From assembly GCA_963702865.1 (NCBI GenBank), contig OY969764.1:3440874-3504873 (forward strand): a stretch of 64,000 bases of DNA. The letters are read 5' to 3'. Positions 1 to 8,119 of this stretch are shown piece after piece. Every line of letters starts with the position of its first letter. The stretch's first letter is position 1. A model generated the notes under the pieces. That model worked only from the letters and a program-made list of their open reading frames with translations. It was not told the DNA's origin and did no database searches. The position numbers and the translations under genes are program-made. This stretch comes from an uncultured bacterium. GTDB taxonomy: Bacteria > Verrucomicrobiota > Verrucomicrobiia > Chthoniobacterales > SZAS-18.

Positions 1-1550
1 CTGTCGATCTGGCTGACGATCCCGTCCAAGCGACCCAACTCACGTGTAACCATCTCCTTGAACTCCAGCCGGAAACTTTCGTCCGTGTAGCGCTGCGGCA
101 AAAGTTGCGTGAACGTCTTGATCGCCACGAGCGGATTGCGAATCTCGTGGCTGATGCCGGCCGCCAGTTCCCGCCAGAAACTAGCGCGCTCGATTTGTTC
201 CTCCTGCGCTTCGACCGCCAACTGTTCGGTGATGTCATCCACCAGCGCCACGGCGCCCAAGCACTTGCCTCCGGCGAGCAACTGCCGGGTTCGCACCGTC
301 AGCGTCCGGCCCCCGACCGCCGCGCTTTCCCAGACGACCGGCTGCCGGGTGGGTTCCCCAGCCAGGGCATCGCGCACCAACGCCGCCATCCGGCTGCCGA
401 GATCTTCAATCGGTACCTTGGGCAACGGCCGGCTGGCGCTGACGGCGGAAAGATTGCGCTTCACGGCCGGGAAAAGCTTCTCGGCCGGCGCGCTGCACCA
501 GGTGACATTCCCTTCAGGGTCGACGGTGACAACCGCCGTGGGCATCATTTGCAGGAGATTCTCGCCCAGATTGCGCTGCGAGAGGACTTCCTGGTGTTTG
601 ATCGTGTTCTCCAGCGCCTGCACGACATGCTCGCTCAAGAAACTCAACTCGGGGTGATCCTGATGATCGAAAGGCAGGCCGTCCGAGGGTCCCGTAAAGA
701 TCCAACCCAAGACGCGGCCGCGCAGATTGAGTGGGATGAAAGTTTCCGCGCCCAGCAGATCGAGCGAACGCCGCAGCAAGGCCCGTTCGCTGGGATCGGC
801 GATATGATCCAGGGAGGCCCGCGTGATCAAGCGGGGGGAACGCTGCAGCCAGCGCACCAACGGATCGCGATCGCTGAACTCCAGCCCGACCGTATCTTCC
901 AGGCAGCAACGCGAGGCTTGCAACCGGTAATTTTGCTCTCCGTCGAAGCGATAAAAGAGCCCGACCCGCGAGACCATCGCCGAGCTGGCCACGCCATCGA
1001 CCACCTTTTCGAAAAGCTCTTCCAAGGGGTCCAGTTGCCGCGTCGCCTTGACCAGATATTGCAAGCTGAGGGAGCCCCGCGCGGAGGCGCCGCGACCGTT
1101 GCCGCCGTTTTGGTGCTGCTGGATCGTACGCAACCGCGCCAATTCATCGCGCAGCATCTGCGTCTCCTGCATCCAGCCAACGCGTTCCACGGCGCGATCA
1201 ATGACGTCTTGCAGGCTGGCATGATCCGCCTCCAGCGATTCGACCCGGTAAAGCCCGGCGTCCTGCGCGGCGCGAAACGGATCGCTGCCGGCCGCGCCCA
1301 ATGCAATGCCGACCGCCTGCGGATGAATGCGGCTGAGCCGGGCAATCAACTCGGGGGCGCCAGGCGCGCGCAGATCGATGAACAGCAGCAACGGCTCATT
1401 GCCACCCAATAACTCCTCCAGCCGTTGTTCGTCCGGCGCATGACAGACGTAGGCGCGTTCAGCTAGGAGGCTCGCCAGCCGCCGGCGCAGCTCAACGTCC
1501 TGGGAATGGAGAATGCAGAGCGGGCGGGTGGGCGCGAGCGCTTGGTTCAT
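1..1550 (-). CDS. Sensor histidine kinase (N-terminal receiver-like domain, GAF/PAS-like region, HisKA H-box HEIRNPLVAIKTFTQLL; C-terminal ATPase domain lies beyond window start)
   Basis: Reverse-complement translation from ATG at 1548-1550 gives MNQALAPTRPLCILHSQDVELRRRLASLLAERAYVCHAPDEQRLEELLGGNEPLLLFIDLR... and, near the window start, ...AGISHEIRNPLVAIKTFTQLLPQRYTDESFRLEFKEMVTRELGRLDGIVSQID. No stop in window (partial). The ATG overlaps the stop of the upstream kinase (ATGA). Not in the ORF track because it runs off the edge. Confidence 0.8.
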   Translation of the reverse strand, partial: MNQALAPTRPLCILHSQDVELRRRLASLLAERAYVCHAPDEQRLEELLGGNEPLLLFIDLRAPGAPELIARLSRIHPQAVGIALGAAGSDPFRAAQDAGLYRVESLEADHASLQDVIDRAVERVGWMQETQMLRDELARLRTIQQHQNGGNGRGASARGSLSLQYLVKATRQLDPLEELFEKVVDGVASSAMVSRVGLFYRFDGEQNYRLQASRCCLEDTVGLEFSDRDPLVRWLQRSPRLITRASLDHIADPSERALLRRSLDLLGAETFIPLNLRGRVLGWIFTGPSDGLPFDHQDHPELSFLSEHVVQALENTIKHQEVLSQRNLGENLLQMMPTAVVTVDPEGNVTWCSAPAEKLFPAVKRNLSAVSASRPLPKVPIEDLGSRMAALVRDALAGEPTRQPVVWESAAVGGRTLTVRTRQLLAGGKCLGAVALVDDITEQLAVEAQEEQIERASFWRELAAGISHEIRNPLVAIKTFTQLLPQRYTDESFRLEFKEMVTRELGRLDGIVSQID

Positions 1551-4138
1551 CGTGGCTGCAAGGACAATAATTCCGCTGGCTGAAGCGTGGCGAACTCGCC
1601 GGAGGCCAATGTGCCTCCACGCCGATTGCCGGAGATATACTCTGGATCGCGTGAACTTGGCGAGTTGAGCGGCAGATAAATAGAAAAACACGTTCCCTTC
1701 CCCAATTCGCTGCTCACTTCCAGCCGGCCACGGTGTTCCGAGATGATGTTATAGCTGACGGACAAGCCCAAGCCAGTTCCTTCGCTTTTCGTCGTGAAGA
1801 ATGGATCGAAAATGTGTGGCAAGGTTTCCTTGGGAATGCCGCTGCCGCTGTCCCGCACATCCAGGCGAATGAGGGGCTCGGGATTGGATGCTCCATTTTG
1901 GATTTCGGTGGATAGCTCGATGGAGCCGCCGGCTTCGCTGGCTTGCAAGGCATTGAGCAGCAGATTGAGCAGCACCTGCTGCAGCCGGTCCTTGTCGGCC
2001 GCGATCCGGGCATCGGGCGCGTGCAACTGCCGGCGGACGCTGACGTGGAGCCGCGCCGCCTGCGGACCCACCAGCCGCATGGCGCCGTCCACGATCTCAT
2101 TGACGTCCACCTGTTCTATCATCAACGGCGCGGGCCGCGCGAAAGCCAGCAGTTCATTGACGATCCGCTCGATACGCGCAATTTCGCTCCCGACCAGGGT
2201 GCTGAAGTCATGGCGGAATTCGGCGTCGTTGTAGCGTTTGGGCAGGAGCTGCGTGAACGTCTTGAGTGCCGTCAGCGGGTTCTTGATTTCGTGCGCCATG
2301 CCGGACGCCAGGGTACCAATGCTCGCCAGCCGGTCCGCCTGGCGCACCTGGTTCTGCAGCCGCTCGATGGCGGTGTGATCGTTGATCACGAGCACGGCTC
2401 CCAGCAGATCGTCGCGTTCGCTCGCGAACGGCAGGCAACTGACCAGCAAATCCGCCCGATCCCGGGCGTCGGGACGCAAGATGATCTTCTCGTCCCGCGC
2501 GATGGTATCGCCGACCAGGGTCGGCGGGATGAGCCGCCCGATGTCGGGCGGCAGTTCGATGTCACTGGGCGAAGAGCTTTCATCCAGTTGCAAGAGCAGC
2601 CGGGCCTCCGGATTGACCAGGGTCAACTGACCGCGCGGATCGGTCGCGATGACGCCGCAAGGCAGGTGTTCGACCAGGAACTGGTTGTAGGCCTGGCTTT
2701 GGCGCGCCTCGGTGTAGAGTTGGGAGTTCGCAATGGCAATGCCGAGTTGCTCCGCGACCAGACGCAGAGTGGCCCGGCCGGCCCGGCCGTAAATACGGCC
2801 CGAGACACGAGGCGCCAGGACCAATAATCCGGTTTGTTCCTCGTGATAGCGGATCGGCAGGATCAATTCAGCCTCGAGTGCTTCCAGCCTGACCAGCAAG
2901 GCGTCGCGTTCCGCACTGGGCGCTTGCCGATGCAGTTCCTCTACCGCCAAACCCTGCGGACTCGATTTAAGAGCCTCGAAAACGATATCATCTCGCCGGA
3001 TCCGCATCCGATCCGTGCCTTCATCGCTGAACTGTTCGCTGAAGAAGACGGGGCCGCTCAGCAGCACCCTGGCGCTCGGACTGCCGACCGCGCGGCAAAG
3101 AACCTCGCTGAATCGCGTCAGCAGTTCGGAAAGTGTGACTACCGATTGAACGATATGAGCCACCTGCCCGATGGTTATCTCGAAGTCCACGTCTGCCGCC
3201 GGGAGGATCTTTTTAGTGACCCTTTGCAGCGGGGTACCCGCGGCCGTAACCGAGAGAGCAGCCGTCACCGCTGCCGCCAAGCCCTGCCAATATTCGGAGT
3301 CGATGCCCAAGGAATGGAAGATCCCGCCCAACGAGATCCAAGCGACATAGAAAATCGTGGCCGCATAAGTGCCCAGGAGCAAGTAGGACAGTCCCAGCCT
3401 TAGCACCGAGCGCACGTTCAGAATGCCGCGCGACGTAATGCCATAAGCGATGATGACGGTAAAGACGATCACCCGCAATGGGGCGTAGCGATTGACGTGG
3501 CTGTTGTGCGTGATCTTGATGGCCACCACCGTCAGAAAGAGGCTGGCGACTACCACCAGGAAGCTCAGCAGCAGGAACTGCAGTTCCGCCCGGTTCACCC
3601 CGGCGATCCGTGGGGTGTATTGATCGCGAATCAGGAAAATAAAGAGGCCGATGAACGCCACCAGCAAGTACCCGTTGAAGACCTCCGGGGGATACCCATG
3701 AAAGCCATAGATGGGTTCCGGATAACGGACACCCTCCAGGCTGATCTTGAAGCGCACGTCCGTGACGAACCAGGGCGTCAGACACACCAGACCGATAAAG
3801 ATCCCGGTCAGCAGCAAGTGCCAATCTCGCGCCAGGTGCTGCCGCCACGTTTCCCGATGATAGATGATCGAAATACGCAGCAGGTTGAACGCTGCCGGCG
3901 CCAGCGCGCCAGCCGTCCAGCAGAAACGGATCGGCCAGATGGCTCCCTCCGGCAGTAAGGCCCGGTTTGCCACCACGATGCACCCTGACCAGGCGCTCAT
4001 AACGAGCGTCAGAACAAGAAAGCTGCGGTTGATCGGGCGGCGCGGATTAACCGCTAAAACCATCAAACCCAGCAGGAGGTTGCAGACTACCGCGGCAATG
4101 GCAAGAGCCTGCATACTTAAAGCGGTACGGCTAGCCAC
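1547..4138 (-). CDS. Membrane sensor histidine kinase, 863 aa: N-terminal multi-TM domain (~300 aa), GAF/PAS-like middle, HisKA + HATPase_c
   Basis: ORF translation shows many hydrophobic helices at the N-terminus, H-box ASGMAHEIKNPLTALKTFTQLLPKRY, G-box DSGSGIP and TTKSEGTGLGLSVS. Its stop overlaps the downstream kinase start (ATGA) and its start overlaps the upstream KAS-like gene. Confidence 0.85.
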   Translation of the reverse strand: MASRTALSMQALAIAAVVCNLLLGLMVLAVNPRRPINRSFLVLTLVMSAWSGCIVVANRALLPEGAIWPIRFCWTAGALAPAAFNLLRISIIYHRETWRQHLARDWHLLLTGIFIGLVCLTPWFVTDVRFKISLEGVRYPEPIYGFHGYPPEVFNGYLLVAFIGLFIFLIRDQYTPRIAGVNRAELQFLLLSFLVVVASLFLTVVAIKITHNSHVNRYAPLRVIVFTVIIAYGITSRGILNVRSVLRLGLSYLLLGTYAATIFYVAWISLGGIFHSLGIDSEYWQGLAAAVTAALSVTAAGTPLQRVTKKILPAADVDFEITIGQVAHIVQSVVTLSELLTRFSEVLCRAVGSPSARVLLSGPVFFSEQFSDEGTDRMRIRRDDIVFEALKSSPQGLAVEELHRQAPSAERDALLVRLEALEAELILPIRYHEEQTGLLVLAPRVSGRIYGRAGRATLRLVAEQLGIAIANSQLYTEARQSQAYNQFLVEHLPCGVIATDPRGQLTLVNPEARLLLQLDESSSPSDIELPPDIGRLIPPTLVGDTIARDEKIILRPDARDRADLLVSCLPFASERDDLLGAVLVINDHTAIERLQNQVRQADRLASIGTLASGMAHEIKNPLTALKTFTQLLPKRYNDAEFRHDFSTLVGSEIARIERIVNELLAFARPAPLMIEQVDVNEIVDGAMRLVGPQAARLHVSVRRQLHAPDARIAADKDRLQQVLLNLLLNALQASEAGGSIELSTEIQNGASNPEPLIRLDVRDSGSGIPKETLPHIFDPFFTTKSEGTGLGLSVSYNIISEHRGRLEVSSELGKGTCFSIYLPLNSPSSRDPEYISGNRRGGTLASGEFATLQPAELLSLQPR

Positions 4139-5420
4139 CCGGCGTCAGGCGGCTCAAAACCACGCTGGTGTTGCCACCACCGAGGCCATGCGCGTTCACC
4201 AGGATGTTGCGCAGGCGGGCCCGCCGCGGGCTGCCCTTGATGTAGTCCAGATCACAGTCGACATCGGCATGCTCGTAGTTGGCCGTGGGAGGTAATAAAT
4301 CGTGCCGAAAACTCAGCGAGCTCGCAATCAACTGCAGCGCTCCGGCCGCCGCCAGCGGATTGCCGGTTACGGCCTTGATCGATCCCACGGCGATCTCGTA
4401 GGCCCTGGCGCCAAAGGTCTCCTTGATGGCGGCGGTTTCGTACCGGTCAACCTGGGGATCTCCACATCCCCAAGCCGAGATGTAGTCGATCTCCATGTCA
4501 TTGCGGGCGGCGTTATCAAGAGCAGCTCGCATCGTTACTGCAAGTCCCGTGCCGGGCATGCTGCCCCGGGCGTCCCGGCAGGTGTGACTAGCCAAAATCT
4601 CCGCATACGGTTGCACTCCGCGCGCCCGGGCGCTCTCCAGATCCTCCAGAATCACGATTCCCGCGCCTTCCGCCAACAGCCCATTGTCCCGCTCCCGGTC
4701 AAAGGGCCGGCTGGCGCGCTCCGGCTCCTCGTTGCGCAGCGACATCTGGCCCGCCTGCGAAAAAATGGCGGCCGACATGCGTGCGAACGGAGCATCCGTG
4801 CCCCCGCAAACCACAAAATCGCACTCGCCCGCCCGAATCATCCTGGCGCCGATGGCAGCCGCATCGATTCCGCCCATGCACGACGTGGAGATGCAGAGCG
4901 AAGCCGCATTTTCCAACTCCATGAGCTCGACCAGGGCGGTGGCTTGTCCCTGCATATTCATGCGTGGAGCGGCCGAAGCGCTGGCAAATTGCGCGCCGCT
5001 GCGTTCGACCTTGAGGGAAGCTTCCTCGGCATCCAGCAAGCTCGAGGCGACCGAACCGAGAATCACGGCCCCTTGCCTCGCCCGCAGAAGCTGGTTTGTC
5101 AGCTTGGCGTCCGCTAAAGCCTCAACCGCGGCCACGGTGGCAAACTGAGCCTGGCGGGATAGACGTTTCGGACGCAAACGGGGCTCAATTAACTTGAGCG
5201 GATGGAAGTCTTTCACCTCGCCGCCGATGCGGGACTCCATGCCGGCGGGATCGAAATGGGTAATCAGACCGATGCCACTTCTACCTGCCAGCAAACTATC
5301 CCAAAGTGCGGAAACACCGATCCCGGCGGCGGAAACGGCTCCCAGGCCCGTTATCACGACGCGCCGGGGCTCAAATGCTACCGGGTACCGATGCGTCCAT
5401 TGGGAGTATTTCATAGACAA
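4131..5420 (-). CDS. Beta-ketoacyl-ACP synthase (FabF/KAS I-II fold) homolog with active-site Cys retained but both catalytic His apparently substituted
   Basis: Thiolase-fold KAS signatures VVITGLGAVSAAG and STSCMGG (Cys). The region aligning to FabF AHGTST reads AWGCGD. The region aligning to KSMTGHLLGAAG reads KAVTGNPLAAAG. The C-terminal CDLDYIKG matches FabF CDLDFVP. Confidence 0.8.
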   Translation of the reverse strand: MSMKYSQWTHRYPVAFEPRRVVITGLGAVSAAGIGVSALWDSLLAGRSGIGLITHFDPAGMESRIGGEVKDFHPLKLIEPRLRPKRLSRQAQFATVAAVEALADAKLTNQLLRARQGAVILGSVASSLLDAEEASLKVERSGAQFASASAAPRMNMQGQATALVELMELENAASLCISTSCMGGIDAAAIGARMIRAGECDFVVCGGTDAPFARMSAAIFSQAGQMSLRNEEPERASRPFDRERDNGLLAEGAGIVILEDLESARARGVQPYAEILASHTCRDARGSMPGTGLAVTMRAALDNAARNDMEIDYISAWGCGDPQVDRYETAAIKETFGARAYEIAVGSIKAVTGNPLAAAGALQLIASSLSFRHDLLPPTANYEHADVDCDLDYIKGSPRRARLRNILVNAHGLGGGNTSVVLSRLTPGG

Positions 5421-5590
5421 TCTTGAACCAGGTAAAGACGCACGCGCTAACGACTTGCTGTTGCCAAATCGGCTCCCGCCAGCGGAATGGCGGGGTTCAT
5501 CATTCTAAAATACGGATTGTCCCGGGAGAGACTATCTGGTAGAGCAGTACGGTGACAATGTCCTTCTGCCAGCCTGCGTAAAATATTCCC

Positions 5591-6772
5591 ATGACTGCCG
5601 TACTCGATCCCGTGGCCGCCAGCCCAGCGACAGTAGTGAAGCCGAAGGTGCTGATTATCGATGACGATTTCGGACCACGCGAGAGTTTACGGATCCTCTT
5701 GAAGTACGACTACGAGGTGTCGGTTGCGAGTTCCGTAGCGGAAGGCCTCGAGCATGTGAAACAGCATGCCTTCGACACTATTATCATGGATAACCGCATG
5801 CCCGGGCGCAGCGGGTTGGAGGGCATTGCCGATATCCGCGCGATCGACGAAAGCGTTTCTATTATCATGCTGACAGGTTACGGAACCTTGGAAACGGCCT
5901 GTGAAGCTTTCCGCAACCGGGCGACGGATTTCATGACCAAGCCGCCGGACACCGACGCCATGCTGGCGGCGGTGGCCAAGAATGTCGCTTTGTCAGCGTC
6001 CAAGCGAACTCGGGCCGTTGTTTCGCGTGAGTTGGCGGAACTCAACATGAGCCTAACCGCGGAATTGGCGGAGACCCGGCCGTTGGTCCGCTTAGGCCAG
6101 CGTTCGGACGAGATCATCCATGATCTGGGCAACCCGCTGACGATACTGACGTGTTGCATCGATCTGTTGCAGGCAAAAGTGGAGGTCATGCGCCTGGAAG
6201 ACGGCTCGCAGTGGATCGAGGCGCAAGGCTATATCCAGATGATCAAAAAGAGCGTGCAGCATTGCTGCAGCTTATCCGACGCGTGGCGGCAATTGCGCGA
6301 TGACATCTCGCAAACGCACGAGACCATGGCCGCCAAGGCCTTCTTAATCGACACGGTGGAGGCACTGCAACCGATGGCTGCCATGGCTGGAGTGACATTG
6401 AATATCGATTGCAACGAAGTCTCGGCGGAAGCGCAAATCGAGATCGACGTCACGCAAATGCGGCGGGTCGTGCAGAACCTGGTGGTTAACGCCGTGCAAG
6501 CCACCGAACCGCAGAAAGGCAGCGTCTTCTTGCAAGGCAGGACGGCCGACGGGGAAATGATTATTACCGTGACCGATAATGGCCCCGGGATCCCTCCGGA
6601 ACGTCTGGCCATCATCTTCGAGCCCTATTTCTCGACCAAGGAGAATGGCACCGGACTAGGCCTGGCCATTTCCCGGCGCATAGTGGAGGAGCACTCCGGC
6701 GCGCTTTCGGCCGAGAGCGAATTCGGCCGGGGAGCCGTGTTCTCCATCCGGCTGCCGTGCCGTCGGAGCTAG
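5591..6772 (+). CDS. Hybrid response-regulator receiver + histidine kinase (REC-HisKA-HATPase_c)
   Basis: N-terminal VLIIDDDF...DTIIMDNRMPGRSG...TDFMTKP (REC); H-box region IHDLGNPLTIL; C-terminal VTDNGPGIPPE...YFSTKENGTGLGLAISRRIV (ATPase). Divergent from the KAS-kinase operon. Confidence 0.8.
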   Translation: MTAVLDPVAASPATVVKPKVLIIDDDFGPRESLRILLKYDYEVSVASSVAEGLEHVKQHAFDTIIMDNRMPGRSGLEGIADIRAIDESVSIIMLTGYGTLETACEAFRNRATDFMTKPPDTDAMLAAVAKNVALSASKRTRAVVSRELAELNMSLTAELAETRPLVRLGQRSDEIIHDLGNPLTILTCCIDLLQAKVEVMRLEDGSQWIEAQGYIQMIKKSVQHCCSLSDAWRQLRDDISQTHETMAAKAFLIDTVEALQPMAAMAGVTLNIDCNEVSAEAQIEIDVTQMRRVVQNLVVNAVQATEPQKGSVFLQGRTADGEMIITVTDNGPGIPPERLAIIFEPYFSTKENGTGLGLAISRRIVEEHSGALSAESEFGRGAVFSIRLPCRRS

Positions 6773-8043
6773 ACCGGTTTGGCGGTGCGGCGGTCGACGA
6801 CCGTCAATGTCTTGACCGTGCGAGGGCTGACGATCAACTCTTGCGGCGTGATCCAGACAACGCGTGGCGGCAAGACCTTGCCGGCAGCTACAGCGGCGGC
6901 CAACATCGGGTTGCCTGTGGTCAGGGCGTCCAACACGCTTTGCGTGTGCCTTGAGAGTTCCACCTGATCTCCGTTTCCCGCCAGCCTGAGCGTCAGGAGA
7001 TCGGCTCCTTCGTCGTTCGTGATAAGCAACTGGAAACTGGTTATCCCGCACTTCTCCCGCCACGGCTCAAACAGAGTCCGCACATCGCCAACGCGAATCA
7101 GGACAGCTCCGCCCAGCTTGATGTCTTCCAGGCTGCGCCCCAGTAGCCCAAATTTGCGGCAAGGCGTCTCAGCCGATTCCAGCCAGGCCGCGCGATCACC
7201 GGACGGATAACGGATGATGGGCATCAGCCGGCGGACCAGGCTGGTGAAGACGATGCGGCCGGGCTTACCAGCTTCCACAATGGGCTCGCCGGTCTCCTCA
7301 TCGAGGATTTCCAGGATGGTGGCTCCATCGAAGACACGGTGTTCGGCCGGTGCGCACTCCGCGTCCGCGAATGCCATGGCGCCAGCATCGACACTTGCGT
7401 AGCCGGCAGAATGGATCTCCACCCCGGGGAATAGCTTGCGCAGGTAAGCGCACTGAGCTTCCGAGAAGTTCTCGCCGGCATAGATAATAGACCGGAGGCG
7501 GACTTCGCCGACACCTTCGTGTTCCAGACATTCCAGGAGCTTGAGCAGGTGAGTCGGAATGCCTGCCAGCACGTTAACGCCCAGTTCCCGGATGAGCCGC
7601 ACCGCGTCCGGCATCGGCGTGTGGCTGCCGATGGGCGCTTGTAAGATGGTAGCCGACGAGGCGCGCAGGGAGTCCGAGGCGAAGAGATAGGAGGCATGCA
7701 GGCCGCCGGAAACGAACAGGTTGGCTACGCGATCGCCGTCCTGGAGCCCGGCATCGAACGATTTGACGGAAATCTCGACCGTCGATTGGCATTCATCTTC
7801 GTACAGGTAGGAGAACTTGGGTGCACCGGTACTGCCGCCGCTGTTTAGCACGATGCCGCCGGTGAGAGGCGCGGTAAGGATCTCCTGCCGATCGCGCTGA
7901 TGCGCGCCCCAGAAGGCAACCGGATCAATCACCGGCAGATCACCCAACGCAGGGTTATCCGCCAGGTTCGCGTACAAGTCACGATAAAAGGGCGCCCCAG
8001 CCCGGGCCAGCGCCACGATGTCGCCTAATGAGTAGACTTTCAC
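6769..8043 (-). CDS. Adenylate-forming enzyme, phenylacetate-CoA ligase (PaaK)/coenzyme F390 synthetase family
   Basis: P-loop-like NSGGSTGAPKFSY near the N-terminus; ~424 aa length typical of the PaaK family; convergent 4-nt overlap with the REC-kinase gene. Confidence 0.6.
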   Translation of the reverse strand: MKVYSLGDIVALARAGAPFYRDLYANLADNPALGDLPVIDPVAFWGAHQRDRQEILTAPLTGGIVLNSGGSTGAPKFSYLYEDECQSTVEISVKSFDAGLQDGDRVANLFVSGGLHASYLFASDSLRASSATILQAPIGSHTPMPDAVRLIRELGVNVLAGIPTHLLKLLECLEHEGVGEVRLRSIIYAGENFSEAQCAYLRKLFPGVEIHSAGYASVDAGAMAFADAECAPAEHRVFDGATILEILDEETGEPIVEAGKPGRIVFTSLVRRLMPIIRYPSGDRAAWLESAETPCRKFGLLGRSLEDIKLGGAVLIRVGDVRTLFEPWREKCGITSFQLLITNDEGADLLTLRLAGNGDQVELSRHTQSVLDALTTGNPMLAAAVAAGKVLPPRVVWITPQELIVSPRTVKTLTVVDRRTAKPV

Positions 8044-8119
8044 AATTTGTAACTATCTTTCGACCTTGAAATTGACGTGGCTGGCTTCCCGTTCGCCGCA
8101 GCGAGCGGACCATAGAACC

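Noticed and set aside
105-1412. 435-aa plus-strand ORF (and similar long antisense ORFs at 28309..29727 +, 34041..35222 +, 36963..38117 +, 1943..2827 +, 11466..12719 +, 59540..59935 +)
   Set aside because: These run antisense to genes with clear family signatures (histidine kinase, DUF2339 protein, ppc, dinB and others). Their translations are Arg/Ala/Gly/Pro-rich with no motifs. This is the usual stop-codon-poor shadow-frame artefact in ~65% GC DNA.
5421-5590. Sigma-54 (-24/-12) promoter in the divergent region between the KAS-like gene and the REC-kinase hybrid
   Set aside because: No convincing TGGCAC-N5-TTGCW match was found by eye, so no call is made.
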